A stretch of DNA of 24,772 nt from Armatimonadia bacterium. GTDB taxonomy: Bacteria > Armatimonadota > Zipacnadia > Zipacnadales > UBA11051. This document shows positions 7,348 to 15,945 of the stretch, piece by piece; positions within the stretch are counted from its first letter, which is position 1; each line of letters starts with the position of its first letter. The notes under the pieces are model-generated. The model saw nothing but the letters and a program-made list of their open reading frames with translations. It had not been told where the DNA came from and did no database searches. Location: contig JBDKRC010000038.1 in NCBI GenBank assembly GCA_039683575.1, forward strand, positions 1 through 24,772, written 5' to 3'. Position numbers and translations under genes: made by a program.

Positions 7348-10300
7348 ATGCGCGGCGAATTCAAGGCGGCCCTGCTTGCACTGCTCTTTGGGCTGCTGGC
7401 CGTATCGCTTGAAGTCTTCAGCGACCAGATTTTCGGCGCTCTGCCACTCCCGGATGCGCCAGCCAACAGCGGGCTGTTGGCTGCGCTGCTGTCTCCGCGT
7501 GCTCTCCCCCACTATGCCGCCCTGGTTCTCTTCGTGGCCTTCGGCCTCCTCACAGCGCGAGTGCTCAGCCGCCGTCGCCGCGCTCAGGACATTCTCCGCA
7601 CTTCCTGCGACCGCTATGGGCAGATGTTCACCGAAGCCGCTGACGGTGTCTGGGCGCTTGATCTCCACGGCCGCATCGAGAGCGCCAACAAGTCCCTCAC
7701 AGACCTCACCGCTACCCCCGCAGACCAACTGGTCGGTCGTTACTGCCACGAAATCCTCAACTCTCCGCTCTGCCACACCAGCCATTGCCCCCTGAAGCTG
7801 ATCGCCAATGGCGAGGACTTCGCAGAGCGCGAGGTGTTGGTCACTCGCAATGACGACCGCACCGCTTTCTGCATGCTGGCCGCTCACGCCCTGCGCGACC
7901 GCTCAGGCGAACTCATCGGCATAGTCGAGGGCTTCCGCAACCTCACCGAACAGCGCACGATGGAGGCCCGTTTCCAGGCTCTCATCGAGACCACCGGTGA
8001 CGCAATTACTATCATTGACCCCGAAAGCGTCATCACCTACACCAACAAAGCCTTCTGCAGCATGCTCAATATGTCCCTTGATGAAATCCTCGGCCGCAAG
8101 GGCATCGAACTCTGCACCCCTGACTGTGCCCACATCCTGCTCAGCCAGATACGGCACCGCCAGACCGGTGCACAGGGCACCTATGAGCTTGAGTTCCTCG
8201 ACCGCGACGGCCAGCCCGTCCCCGTCCTCGTGACCGCCACTCCCCTCTACGACGAGACCGGTAGCTTCTACGGCAGTTTCGCCGTGATGAAGGACGTCAC
8301 CCAGCAAAAGCGCGATGCCAAGCGGATGGAGCATCTCAACTCCGTGCTTCGCGCCGTCCGCAACGTCAACCAACTCATCACCCGCGAGCAAGACCAGGAG
8401 CGTCTCCTTCACCAGGCCTGCGAGTGCCTCATCGAGACCCGCGGCTACCACTTTGCCGCCGTCATGCTGCTTGATGGAGAAGGCCTCCTGACCAACACCT
8501 ATGGCGCCGGCCTCGACGGCGACCTCACCAGAACCTGCCAGGAAGCGCTGGGCCACGGGCTGTGGGACCTCGTGCAGGTGCCCGACAGCCCTGAGCCAGT
8601 CGTGCTCGGACGTCAGGTTAGGGACTGGAGCGAAGACTTCCGGAACCGCTGGAATGAGGACCATGAATGTCTGGCCATGCGCCTGGAGTACGCCGGGCGC
8701 CGGTACGGCGCGGTCATCGTCTCCGTCCCCTCCGAGATGGCCGAGAGCGAAGAGGAGCATGGTCTCTTCGACGAGGTAACAGGCGACCTCGCCTTTGCTC
8801 TATATGCCCTGGGTGCCGAGGCGGAGCGCAAGCGGTATCAGGAGACCCTCGCCGCGGAACGTGATCGCTGGCACCGCATGCTCAACGCTGCCCGAGTGCT
8901 CATCCTCGGCATTGATGCCCAGGGCAGGGCCACATACTTCAGCCCCTACTGCGAGGCTCTCACCGGTTACACCCATGAGGAGGTAGCAGACCGCCCATTC
9001 TGGGAAGTGCTCGTTGCCAGGCGGGAAATGGAGACTGTGCGCCAGGGCTTCTACCGTCTCTGGCAGGGGCAGACCATCCCACAGGTTGAGGACCACTGGG
9101 TCTGCAAGGACGGACATGAAATACTCATCAGTTGGCGCAGCACGGCCATCGTGGATACTTCTGGGGCCACACGCGAGCTGATCGCAATCGGCCTGGACAT
9201 CACCGAACACCGCGCCGCCGAGCTGGCCGTGCATGAGAGCGAAGAGCGCTACCGAACTCTCTTCAACTGCGGCGAGGATGCTATCTTCGTGTTCGGCCTG
9301 ACCGCCAATGGTACCGGCACCTTCCTTGAGGCCAACGAGGTAGCCTGCTGCAAGTTTGGGTATAGCCGCGAAGAGTTGCTTCGAATGAGGCCCGAAGACA
9401 TCGACGCTCCGGAAGACCGGGCGATGGTCCCCGACGTACTGGGACAACTACACAGTCAGGGCCACGCCCTGTTCGAGCAGCTTCACCTGACGCGCGACGG
9501 CCGTCTCGTGCCTATGGAGGTCAACGCTCACCTAATCGAGTTTGAGGGACGCCCCGCTGTCCTCTCGATTGCACGCGACATCACCGAGCGCAAAGAAACC
9601 GCCGCCCGCCTCGCCCATCTCAACTCCGTACTCATGGCAATCCGCAACGTCAACCAGCTCATCACCAGAGTGACAGACCGTGAAGAGTTGCTCCCACAGG
9701 CTTGTGAGTGCCTCATCGAGACGCGAGGCTATCGTCTTGCCTGCATTGCTACGATGGATGGCCAGGGCGAACCCACCGCCGTCTACACTGCCTCCGATGA
9801 AGGGCGGTGGGTCTCCATCGACGAGGACACCGCTATGCGCATCTACGGCCTGCTGCGCGCTCAAAGTGGCGAACCGTCGCCGCTGGCATTGACGCCGGAG
9901 CAGATGCAGTGGACCGACCACCTAAGCGACGAGGCCGCTGCAGGGCGCACCGTCATGGCCATTCGCCTCGATTACGGGGATCGGCATTACGGCCTGCTGG
10001 CTATCTCGGTACAAAGCGAGATGGCCCACGATGCGGATGAGCAGGGGTTGTTCGCCGAAGTGGCCGGAGATATCGCCTTTGCGCTCTATGCCATAGAGAC
10101 CGCCGCCGAGCGCGAGCAGGCCCTCGAACAGCTCGAGTTGGCCCAGTTCTCCGTCGCCCGCGTCTCCAACGGGGTATTCTGGACCGACGAGACCGCCCGC
10201 ATCATCTATGCCAACGATGCCGCGCTCAGAAAGCTAGGCTACACCCTCGACGAGATATGCAACCTCACGCTGGAGAGCATCGACCCCAACACCTTCCTCG

Positions 10301-12000
10301 ACTCATGGGAGGCGCACTGGGAGAAGCTGCGGGCCAACGGTTCCCTCAACTTCGAAACCATCCACCGCACCCGTGACGGACGTGAGTTCCCTGTCGAGGT
10401 CAGTTCCAACTACCTGAGCTTCAAAGGCAGGGAGTACAACTTCAGCTTTGCTCGCGACATCAGCATCCGCAAGGCTGCAGAAGAGCGCCTGCGCGCCCTG
10501 AACGAGCAGTATGAGCTCCTCGTCGAGAGCCAGTTGGTCCAGACCTTCATCGTCCAGGGCGACCGCCTGATCTTCGCCAACCAGACAATGCACAATCAGT
10601 TGGGATACGAAGCGGGGGAACTGCTCGGCAAGCACGTGTTCGAAGTTCTGGCCCCCGAGGTCCGGGAGGCCGTGACGGACTGGTACCGCCGAATGAGAGC
10701 GGGAGAACTCGACACGAACGAGCTGGAGACGCGCGTGCTGACCAAACAGGGCGCCGGCCGGTGGGTGCGAATCTGGCTACAGGAAATCAGTGACTTCGGC
10801 GGCTCTGCGGTGCTCATCGGTCACATGGTGGACGTTACTGAGGAACGCGAGCTACGCAGCCAGCTCGAGCACTCCCAGCGCCTTGAGTCTCTGGGAACCC
10901 TCGCCGGCGGCGTTGCCCACGAGTTCAACAACGTGCTGCAGGCCATCCTGCTCAACGCCTCGCTACTGCAGGTTGAGCGCCCCTCCTCCGAGCGCGAAGG
11001 TGAGAAGCTCAAGACGATCATCGAGCGGACGGAGTATGGCGCGCGCCTGACCGATCAGCTACTCACCTTCAGCCGCCGTGCCCCTGTCCAGATCGGCCCG
11101 ACAGACCTCAGCAGCGTGGTCGAAGAGACCAGGCGGCTGCTCGAGCGCACCATGCCGCGCCATGTACGGCTTCACTGCCACCTCGAGCCGCAGCTCTGGA
11201 CGATCCACGGCGACAGTGGCCGTATCAAGCAGGTCCTGATCAACCTTGCCCTCAACGCCCGCGATGCCATGACTGGCGAAGGCCACGTTACTTTCGAAAC
11301 CCAGAACGTGATGCTCAATCACGCGGCCCTCAAGACCATGCAGAAACTCCAGCCTGGCCCGCACGTGCTACTGAAGGTCACTGACGACGGTCTGGGCATG
11401 GACCCACAGGTTGCCAGCCGCGCCTTCGAGCCGTTCTTCACCACCAAGGGCGTCGGTCAGGGCACCGGTTTGGGCCTGTCCATCGTCCACGGCATCGTGG
11501 ACACCCACGGTGGCTACGTCAAACTGCACTCGCGCCCGGGCCAGGGCACGAGCTTCCACATTTACTTTCCTGCCCATCCCCAGTCCACCGCTCAAGCCAC
11601 GACCCGCAGTACCTCGGTTCCTCAGGGGGGCGGCAATGAGACGATTCTGGTGGTGGATGATGAGCCCGAGGTAGTACGCGTGGCAGAGGAAGCACTGACG
11701 AGCTACGGGTACACCGTACTGTCAGCCTCTGCAGGAGAGCAGGCCCTCCAGATCATCACTGCCTACCCGGGAAAGCTCGACCTGGTCCTGCTCGACCTGA
11801 TCATGCCTGGAATCTCAGGCCAGGAGACCCTCGAACGCCTGCGGCCCATCGCGCCGGACCTGCGGGTCATCTTCGCCAGTGGCTACATGCCCGATGGGGA
11901 TCGTGAAGAAGGTCCCGGCGCCCCCAACGGCTATCTCGACAAGCCCTTTACCCTCGAACGCCTGCTGCAGACTGTGAGAACGGTGTTGGATTCCCGCTGA
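7348..12000 (+). CDS. Membrane-anchored hybrid sensor histidine kinase: 2 TM, about 6 PAS/PAC, 2 GAF, HisKA, HATPase, receiver
   Basis: Repeated PAC ends (RNLTE, KDVTQ, LDITE, RDITE, RDISI, VDVTE). H-box GGVAHEFNNVL, N-box NLALNARDAM, FEPFFTTK..GQGTGLGL. Receiver motifs VVDDE, LLDLIMP, SGY, KPF. Confidence 0.95.
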   Translation: MRGEFKAALLALLFGLLAVSLEVFSDQIFGALPLPDAPANSGLLAALLSPRALPHYAALVLFVAFGLLTARVLSRRRRAQDILRTSCDRYGQMFTEAADGVWALDLHGRIESANKSLTDLTATPADQLVGRYCHEILNSPLCHTSHCPLKLIANGEDFAEREVLVTRNDDRTAFCMLAAHALRDRSGELIGIVEGFRNLTEQRTMEARFQALIETTGDAITIIDPESVITYTNKAFCSMLNMSLDEILGRKGIELCTPDCAHILLSQIRHRQTGAQGTYELEFLDRDGQPVPVLVTATPLYDETGSFYGSFAVMKDVTQQKRDAKRMEHLNSVLRAVRNVNQLITREQDQERLLHQACECLIETRGYHFAAVMLLDGEGLLTNTYGAGLDGDLTRTCQEALGHGLWDLVQVPDSPEPVVLGRQVRDWSEDFRNRWNEDHECLAMRLEYAGRRYGAVIVSVPSEMAESEEEHGLFDEVTGDLAFALYALGAEAERKRYQETLAAERDRWHRMLNAARVLILGIDAQGRATYFSPYCEALTGYTHEEVADRPFWEVLVARREMETVRQGFYRLWQGQTIPQVEDHWVCKDGHEILISWRSTAIVDTSGATRELIAIGLDITEHRAAELAVHESEERYRTLFNCGEDAIFVFGLTANGTGTFLEANEVACCKFGYSREELLRMRPEDIDAPEDRAMVPDVLGQLHSQGHALFEQLHLTRDGRLVPMEVNAHLIEFEGRPAVLSIARDITERKETAARLAHLNSVLMAIRNVNQLITRVTDREELLPQACECLIETRGYRLACIATMDGQGEPTAVYTASDEGRWVSIDEDTAMRIYGLLRAQSGEPSPLALTPEQMQWTDHLSDEAAAGRTVMAIRLDYGDRHYGLLAISVQSEMAHDADEQGLFAEVAGDIAFALYAIETAAEREQALEQLELAQFSVARVSNGVFWTDETARIIYANDAALRKLGYTLDEICNLTLESIDPNTFLDSWEAHWEKLRANGSLNFETIHRTRDGREFPVEVSSNYLSFKGREYNFSFARDISIRKAAEERLRALNEQYELLVESQLVQTFIVQGDRLIFANQTMHNQLGYEAGELLGKHVFEVLAPEVREAVTDWYRRMRAGELDTNELETRVLTKQGAGRWVRIWLQEISDFGGSAVLIGHMVDVTEERELRSQLEHSQRLESLGTLAGGVAHEFNNVLQAILLNASLLQVERPSSEREGEKLKTIIERTEYGARLTDQLLTFSRRAPVQIGPTDLSSVVEETRRLLERTMPRHVRLHCHLEPQLWTIHGDSGRIKQVLINLALNARDAMTGEGHVTFETQNVMLNHAALKTMQKLQPGPHVLLKVTDDGLGMDPQVASRAFEPFFTTKGVGQGTGLGLSIVHGIVDTHGGYVKLHSRPGQGTSFHIYFPAHPQSTAQATTRSTSVPQGGGNETILVVDDEPEVVRVAEEALTSYGYTVLSASAGEQALQIITAYPGKLDLVLLDLIMPGISGQETLERLRPIAPDLRVIFASGYMPDGDREEGPGAPNGYLDKPFTLERLLQTVRTVLDSR

Positions 12001-12053
12001 GGTCCGCTCCTCATCACCCGCTTCCCATGTCATCCTTGTAGCGCCGTCTCGGC

Positions 12054-12141
12054 TGTCATTATAGGGAGCGCCGTTTGCGACGAAGAATCCCCTCGCTAAC
12101 CATCCGCACTCCCGAGATTCTTCGCTTCGCTCAGAATGACA
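12054..12141. repeat. TGTCA-tagged palindromic repeat (REP/MITE-like), copy 1
   Basis: TGTCATT...GAGCGCCGTTTGCGACGAAGAATCC-spacer-GATTCTTCGCTTCGCTCAGAATGACA. Closely matches 20465-20551. Confidence 0.85.
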
Positions 12142-12185
12142 AGCCGTTGTTCCCCGTTCCCCGGTCCCGGTTTGTGTCTTCGCCT

Positions 12186-12800
12186 TCACTCAGCCTCTTC
12201 CCCCGTCAGCTTCGGCAACCCGATCCCGTAGTGCAGACTGAGTAGCCGAACCACCGTCACCAGCAGCATCGGGACGGTCGTCGCCACCCATTCCGGCGTC
12301 TGCCATTGCACCATAAGCCAGTAGACCACTGCCCCGATGATGCCTGCGGAGGCATACACCTCTTTGCGGAGCACCACCGGCACGTCCGCTGCCAGCACAT
12401 CACGGATGATCCCGCCCCCAACGCCAGTCAGCACCGCCAAGACCACTGTCGGGGCCAACCCGAGCCCTGCTGCCATGGCCTTGGACGCCCCGATGACAGT
12501 GAATGCCCCCAGCCCCACCGCGTCAAACCACAGCAGCACCGTCTCTTTGCGGCTAACCAGCCGGTACAGCGTGAACACCAGCAGCGCCGCGATCAGCGAC
12601 AGCAGAATGTAGTTCGCGTCCTTGAACCAGAAGGGTCGCAGCCCCAGCATTACGTCACGCACCGTACCGCCGCCGATAGCAGTTACGACCGCGAGCACGA
12701 TCAGACCAAACAGGTCCATCTCCCGCCGCACGGCCTTCAGCGCCCCAGATATCGCAAAGGCCAGCGTTCCCAGATAATCCAACACGATCAGCGCAATCAT
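12186..12800 (-). CDS. UPF0126 / trimeric intracellular cation channel family membrane protein (YadS/YicG-like)
   Basis: FAISGAL.A..MDLFG, TAIGGGTVRD, DAVGLGAF, TGVGGGIIRDVL, EVYA. Two internal repeats, hydrophobic. Confidence 0.92.
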   Translation of the reverse strand: MIALIVLDYLGTLAFAISGALKAVRREMDLFGLIVLAVVTAIGGGTVRDVMLGLRPFWFKDANYILLSLIAALLVFTLYRLVSRKETVLLWFDAVGLGAFTVIGASKAMAAGLGLAPTVVLAVLTGVGGGIIRDVLAADVPVVLRKEVYASAGIIGAVVYWLMVQWQTPEWVATTVPMLLVTVVRLLSLHYGIGLPKLTGEEAE

Positions 12801-12841
12801 GGCTTGTGATTCGCCCTCCCAGTTACCCTAACCTGCCCACG

Positions 12842-12874
12842 AAAAAGGGGCGGCCCGTTGCGAGCCGCCCCTTT
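12842..12874 (-). terminator. Intrinsic terminator downstream of degP
   Basis: AAAGGGGCGGC-9 nt-GCCGCCCCTTT stem, followed on the minus strand by a T-run. Confidence 0.75.
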
Positions 12875-12894
12875 ACTGCTCCGCAGGTCTGCCG

Positions 12895-14445
12895 CTATTG
12901 CAGCGGTATGTCCACTACGTCTGTCATCGTCAGGCGGTCTTCACCCATACGTTCCACGGTCAGGACTATGAACTTGTGTTTCGCCTTGACCGCGGCTTGA
13001 ACCGCCGCCTGATACTCATTCACGTTAGCCACCGCGGTATCGTCAACCTTGATGATCACGTCATTGCGCATGATCCGGTCGCGCAGTGCAGGATCGGTGA
13101 CGGCCTCTACATACACGCCCTGCGCCCGGCACAGGCTCCGCGTCTGCGCCAGTTCCGGGGTAATGTTGCGCACCGTGATCTTGGGCCCCACCGTCGGGGT
13201 CTCCGGCTGCGTCGGCTCAGTGGTCTCAAAGCCCGCATAGCGAGCCGGCATCTCGCCGAGTTCCACAGCCAACTGCTGCCGCTGCTTATTGCGCACGATC
13301 TCCATGTTCAGCTTGCTCCGCGGTGCGGTGTTGGCGACCAGGCTTTGCAGGTCCCAACTCGTTCGCACCGGCTTGCCATTGATGGCTATCACCACGTCAT
13401 TGGCCTGCAGCACCTTGGACGCCGGAGCATCGGGGTTGACCTGCGTGATCAGCACGCCGCCTTCCTGCACGCCGAAGTGCTCGCGCAGGTTGTCGTTGAG
13501 TTCGCGGATCACTACGCCGAGCCACCCGCGAGCTACCCGCCCCGTCTTAGCAAGCTGCGGGACGACGATCTTCGCCACATTCGACGGGATCGCAAACCCG
13601 ATGCCGATGTTGAAGGGCACGCTCGTGGCGCCCGGTGAGGCGATGGCCACATTGATGCCAATGACCTCGCCGCGCAGGTTGACCAGCGGCCCGCCGCTGT
13701 TACCGGGGTTGATGGACGCGTCGGTCTGAATCAGGTCGCCGATGCGGAAGTACTCGCTCTCGCCGCTGATCTGCCGCCCGCGCGCCGACACCACGCCCAC
13801 GGTGACTGTCTGCTGCAACTGGAACGGGCTACCTACCGCCATGACCCATGAGGCAATCCTGGCCTCATCGGAGTCGCCAAGCGGCAGGAACGGCAGCTTG
13901 CGGCCTGCGTCAACCTTGATCACAGCCAGCTCGGAGCGGGGGTCAATGCCGACGATCCGCGCCGGATACTCCCGCATGTCGTTCTCACGGTCGTGGAGCT
14001 GTACGGTAACTTTGGTCGCCCCGCGCACCACGTGCGCGTTCGTCACGATCAAGCCGCTCTCATCATAGATCCATCCCGAGCCTGCGGCTGGGCGCGACTG
14101 TTGCTCAGGGGCGCCATCCTCTTCCTGCTGCATGCCAGGCGGCATTTGCCCGCCCTGCTGCCGGAAGAACTCTTCCAACTGCTTGCGCAGCTCGTCTTGC
14201 TGCGCCGAGCGCTGGGGTGCCGGCAGATCGCTGTTGATATATACAACAGCCGGAAGCACCTTCTGCGCGACTGCCTCAAACTGCGTGACTACCTGCTGCT
14301 GCTGCGCCGCCGCCGGCGCCATCATCGGACGTTCCTGGTCTTGCCGCGCCAGAATCAGCGCGGTTAACATGGCGCCGACCAGCACGCTAAGCAGGATAAT
14401 CACCAGATGCGAATGCCGGTGACCGCTGTTGCTAAGCGGATCCAT
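12895..14445 (-). CDS. degP: HtrA/DegP (Do family) serine protease with N-terminal membrane anchor and two PDZ-like domains
   Basis: GSGWI, VTNAHVV, IQTDASINPGNSGGPL, GIGFAIP, RGWLGV. GGAGGAGG RBS. Confidence 0.92.
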   Translation of the reverse strand: MDPLSNSGHRHSHLVIILLSVLVGAMLTALILARQDQERPMMAPAAAQQQQVVTQFEAVAQKVLPAVVYINSDLPAPQRSAQQDELRKQLEEFFRQQGGQMPPGMQQEEDGAPEQQSRPAAGSGWIYDESGLIVTNAHVVRGATKVTVQLHDRENDMREYPARIVGIDPRSELAVIKVDAGRKLPFLPLGDSDEARIASWVMAVGSPFQLQQTVTVGVVSARGRQISGESEYFRIGDLIQTDASINPGNSGGPLVNLRGEVIGINVAIASPGATSVPFNIGIGFAIPSNVAKIVVPQLAKTGRVARGWLGVVIRELNDNLREHFGVQEGGVLITQVNPDAPASKVLQANDVVIAINGKPVRTSWDLQSLVANTAPRSKLNMEIVRNKQRQQLAVELGEMPARYAGFETTEPTQPETPTVGPKITVRNITPELAQTRSLCRAQGVYVEAVTDPALRDRIMRNDVIIKVDDTAVANVNEYQAAVQAAVKAKHKFIVLTVERMGEDRLTMTDVVDIPLQ

Positions 14446-14506
14446 TGGTAGCTCATCCTCCTCCGATAGATCAGCCCGATCAAAACCGGGCTCTTTCTGT
14501 CCATCA

Positions 14507-14534
14507 TAGACGGCAGGGCCAGGAACATGTTTGG
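14507..14534 (-). promoter_or_regulatory. Putative ECF sigma promoter upstream of degP
   Basis: Minus strand CCAAAC-N16-CGTCTA, about 60 nt upstream of the degP ATG. Matches the AAC-N16-CGT pattern of ECF promoters. Confidence 0.5.
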
Positions 14535-14563
14535 GGTTAACCCCTGCCCAGCCGTCCTATGTC

Positions 14564-14599
14564 AAAACGGCTCCTGTCACCGCGATGACAGGAGCCGTT
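14564..14599 (-). terminator. Intrinsic terminator downstream of trxA
   Basis: 14-bp perfect stem AACGGCTCCTGTCA-CCGCGA-TGACAGGAGCCGTT; the minus strand ends in TTTT. Confidence 0.7.
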
Positions 14600-14749
14600 A
14601 TAGGACATTCATCCTTCACGCGCGGTGCGCGCTTTATCTCCCGCCTCCACTGTAGGGCAGCTATATGCCGCCTTGCCCGCAGCCGTCTCCATGGCGGCCG
14701 CGCCTCACCCCCTGGCCACGCACCTCCGGCTCTCCTGTCCCCTCACGCG

Positions 14750-15076
14750 CTACGCCAGTGCCTTATCCACCCGCGAGGACAACTCCGTCTCCGGCACTGC
14801 TCCTACGACTGTATCTACCTGCTGCCCGCCCTTGAAGATCATCAGGGTTGGGATGCTGCGAATTCCGAAGCGGCCGGCCAAATCCGCGGCCTCATCCACA
14901 TTCACCTTCCCTACCTTCAGCCGTCCGGCATACTTCGCCGCCACGGCATCCACCACCGGGCTCATCATGCGGCACGGGCCACACCACGGCGCCCAGAAGT
15001 CCACCAGGTACGGAAGGTCTGACTGCAGAACCTCGGTGTCGAAATCGTTACTTACCAGCTCTTTGGCATCAGACAT
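14750..15076 (-). CDS. trxA: Thioredoxin
   Basis: [35 protein letters not shown] lies 8 nt before the ATG at 15076. Confidence 0.96.
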   Translation of the reverse strand: MSDAKELVSNDFDTEVLQSDLPYLVDFWAPWCGPCRMMSPVVDAVAAKYAGRLKVGKVNVDEAADLAGRFGIRSIPTLMIFKGGQQVDTVVGAVPETELSSRVDKALA

Positions 15077-15198
15077 GACCACTGCCTCCTCGCAATGTTT
15101 GCAGCTCTATTTGCTTACAACTGTTGTGTCCCTGTAGTGGAGACCACTGCCCCGGACCAACTGCCGTCGTGTGAGAGGGGCCACTGCCCCCGACCGAC

Positions 15199-15236
15199 TG
15201 TCATCCTGAGGAGCGCCGTCTGCGACGAAGGATCTC
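15199..15236. repeat. Single arm of the TGTCA repeat family (copy 2)
   Basis: TGTCATCCTGAGGAGCGCCGTCTGCGACGAAGGATCTC matches the left arm of 20465-20500 and abuts the stop codon at 15240. Confidence 0.75.
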
Positions 15237-15239
15237 TCC

Positions 15240-15563
15240 TCAAACCAGCGCCGGCTCAAGCCACTCCCGCATCTCCTCCAGCGTCTTGGCCCCCGTCGTC
15301 CGCTGCACTTCCTCGCCGCTTTTGAACACGATCACCGTCGGGACGCCATGGATTCCGTGCTTCTTGCACGCTTCCATGTTCTCCCGCGCCTCAATGGCGC
15401 AGACGTGAGCGCGTCCTTCGAGCCACTCGGCCACTTCCGCGAAGGTGGACGCAAACCGCGCGCACGCCGGACAACCGTTCATCCAGAACTCCACTACACA
15501 GCATTCCTGCTGCGTCACCTCCTGATCCAACTCCTCGCCACTAATCTGCCGCGCCTCAGCCAT
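15240..15563 (-). CDS. Thioredoxin-family protein with CPAC active site
   Basis: VVEFWMNGCPAC, GIHGVPTVIVFKSG (cis-Pro loop). ATG at 15563 follows AGGAGG and overlaps the end of the VanZ-like gene. Confidence 0.88.
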   Translation of the reverse strand: MAEARQISGEELDQEVTQQECCVVEFWMNGCPACARFASTFAEVAEWLEGRAHVCAIEARENMEACKKHGIHGVPTVIVFKSGEEVQRTTGAKTLEEMREWLEPALV

Positions 15564-15945
15564 CTGTCTCCTCCTGCGGCCTTCGCCGCCATACCACTGT
15601 TGCCAATGCCGCGCCCACTCCGCCCCCTGCCACATCTGCCAGCCAGTCCGCCAACGCCGGACTCCGGTTCACAAACTGCTGGTGCCATTCGTCGAAGGCC
15701 CCGAACCCGCTGGCCAGGACAGCCGAGATTAGGATGATGAACAAGCTGTGGCAGCGCGAAAGTTCCCAGCCCATGGCGCGGTTCACCAACGCCCCCAGCA
15801 CCATGTACATGACAAAATGCCCCACCTTGTCGGCGTGCGCCGCCTCGGCCCCCGGCATCGCCGGCAGCGGTATAGAGGTGAAGAACAGGATGACCCCTGC
15901 CCAACCGCCCACGAGCCACCAGCGGCCCCGCTCCCAGAGCCTCAC
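15556..15945 (-). CDS. VanZ-like membrane protein
   Basis: ADKVGHF..Y..LG, DEWHQQFV.R...ADWLAD..G. Hydrophobic. Confidence 0.88.
   Translation of the reverse strand: MRLWERGRWWLVGGWAGVILFFTSIPLPAMPGAEAAHADKVGHFVMYMVLGALVNRAMGWELSRCHSLFIILISAVLASGFGAFDEWHQQFVNRSPALADWLADVAGGGVGAALATVVWRRRPQEETDG

Noticed and set aside
11815-12189. 124-aa ORF containing CHSERSEES (similar ORFs at 18816-18998 and 20282-21244)
   Set aside because: These peptides are translations of the TGTCA palindromic repeat and/or antisense to real genes.
5026-15563. Selenocysteine (in-frame TGA) in the redox proteins
   Set aside because: The active sites of Prx, TrxR, rhodanese and both thioredoxins are ordinary Cys codons in uninterrupted ORFs.
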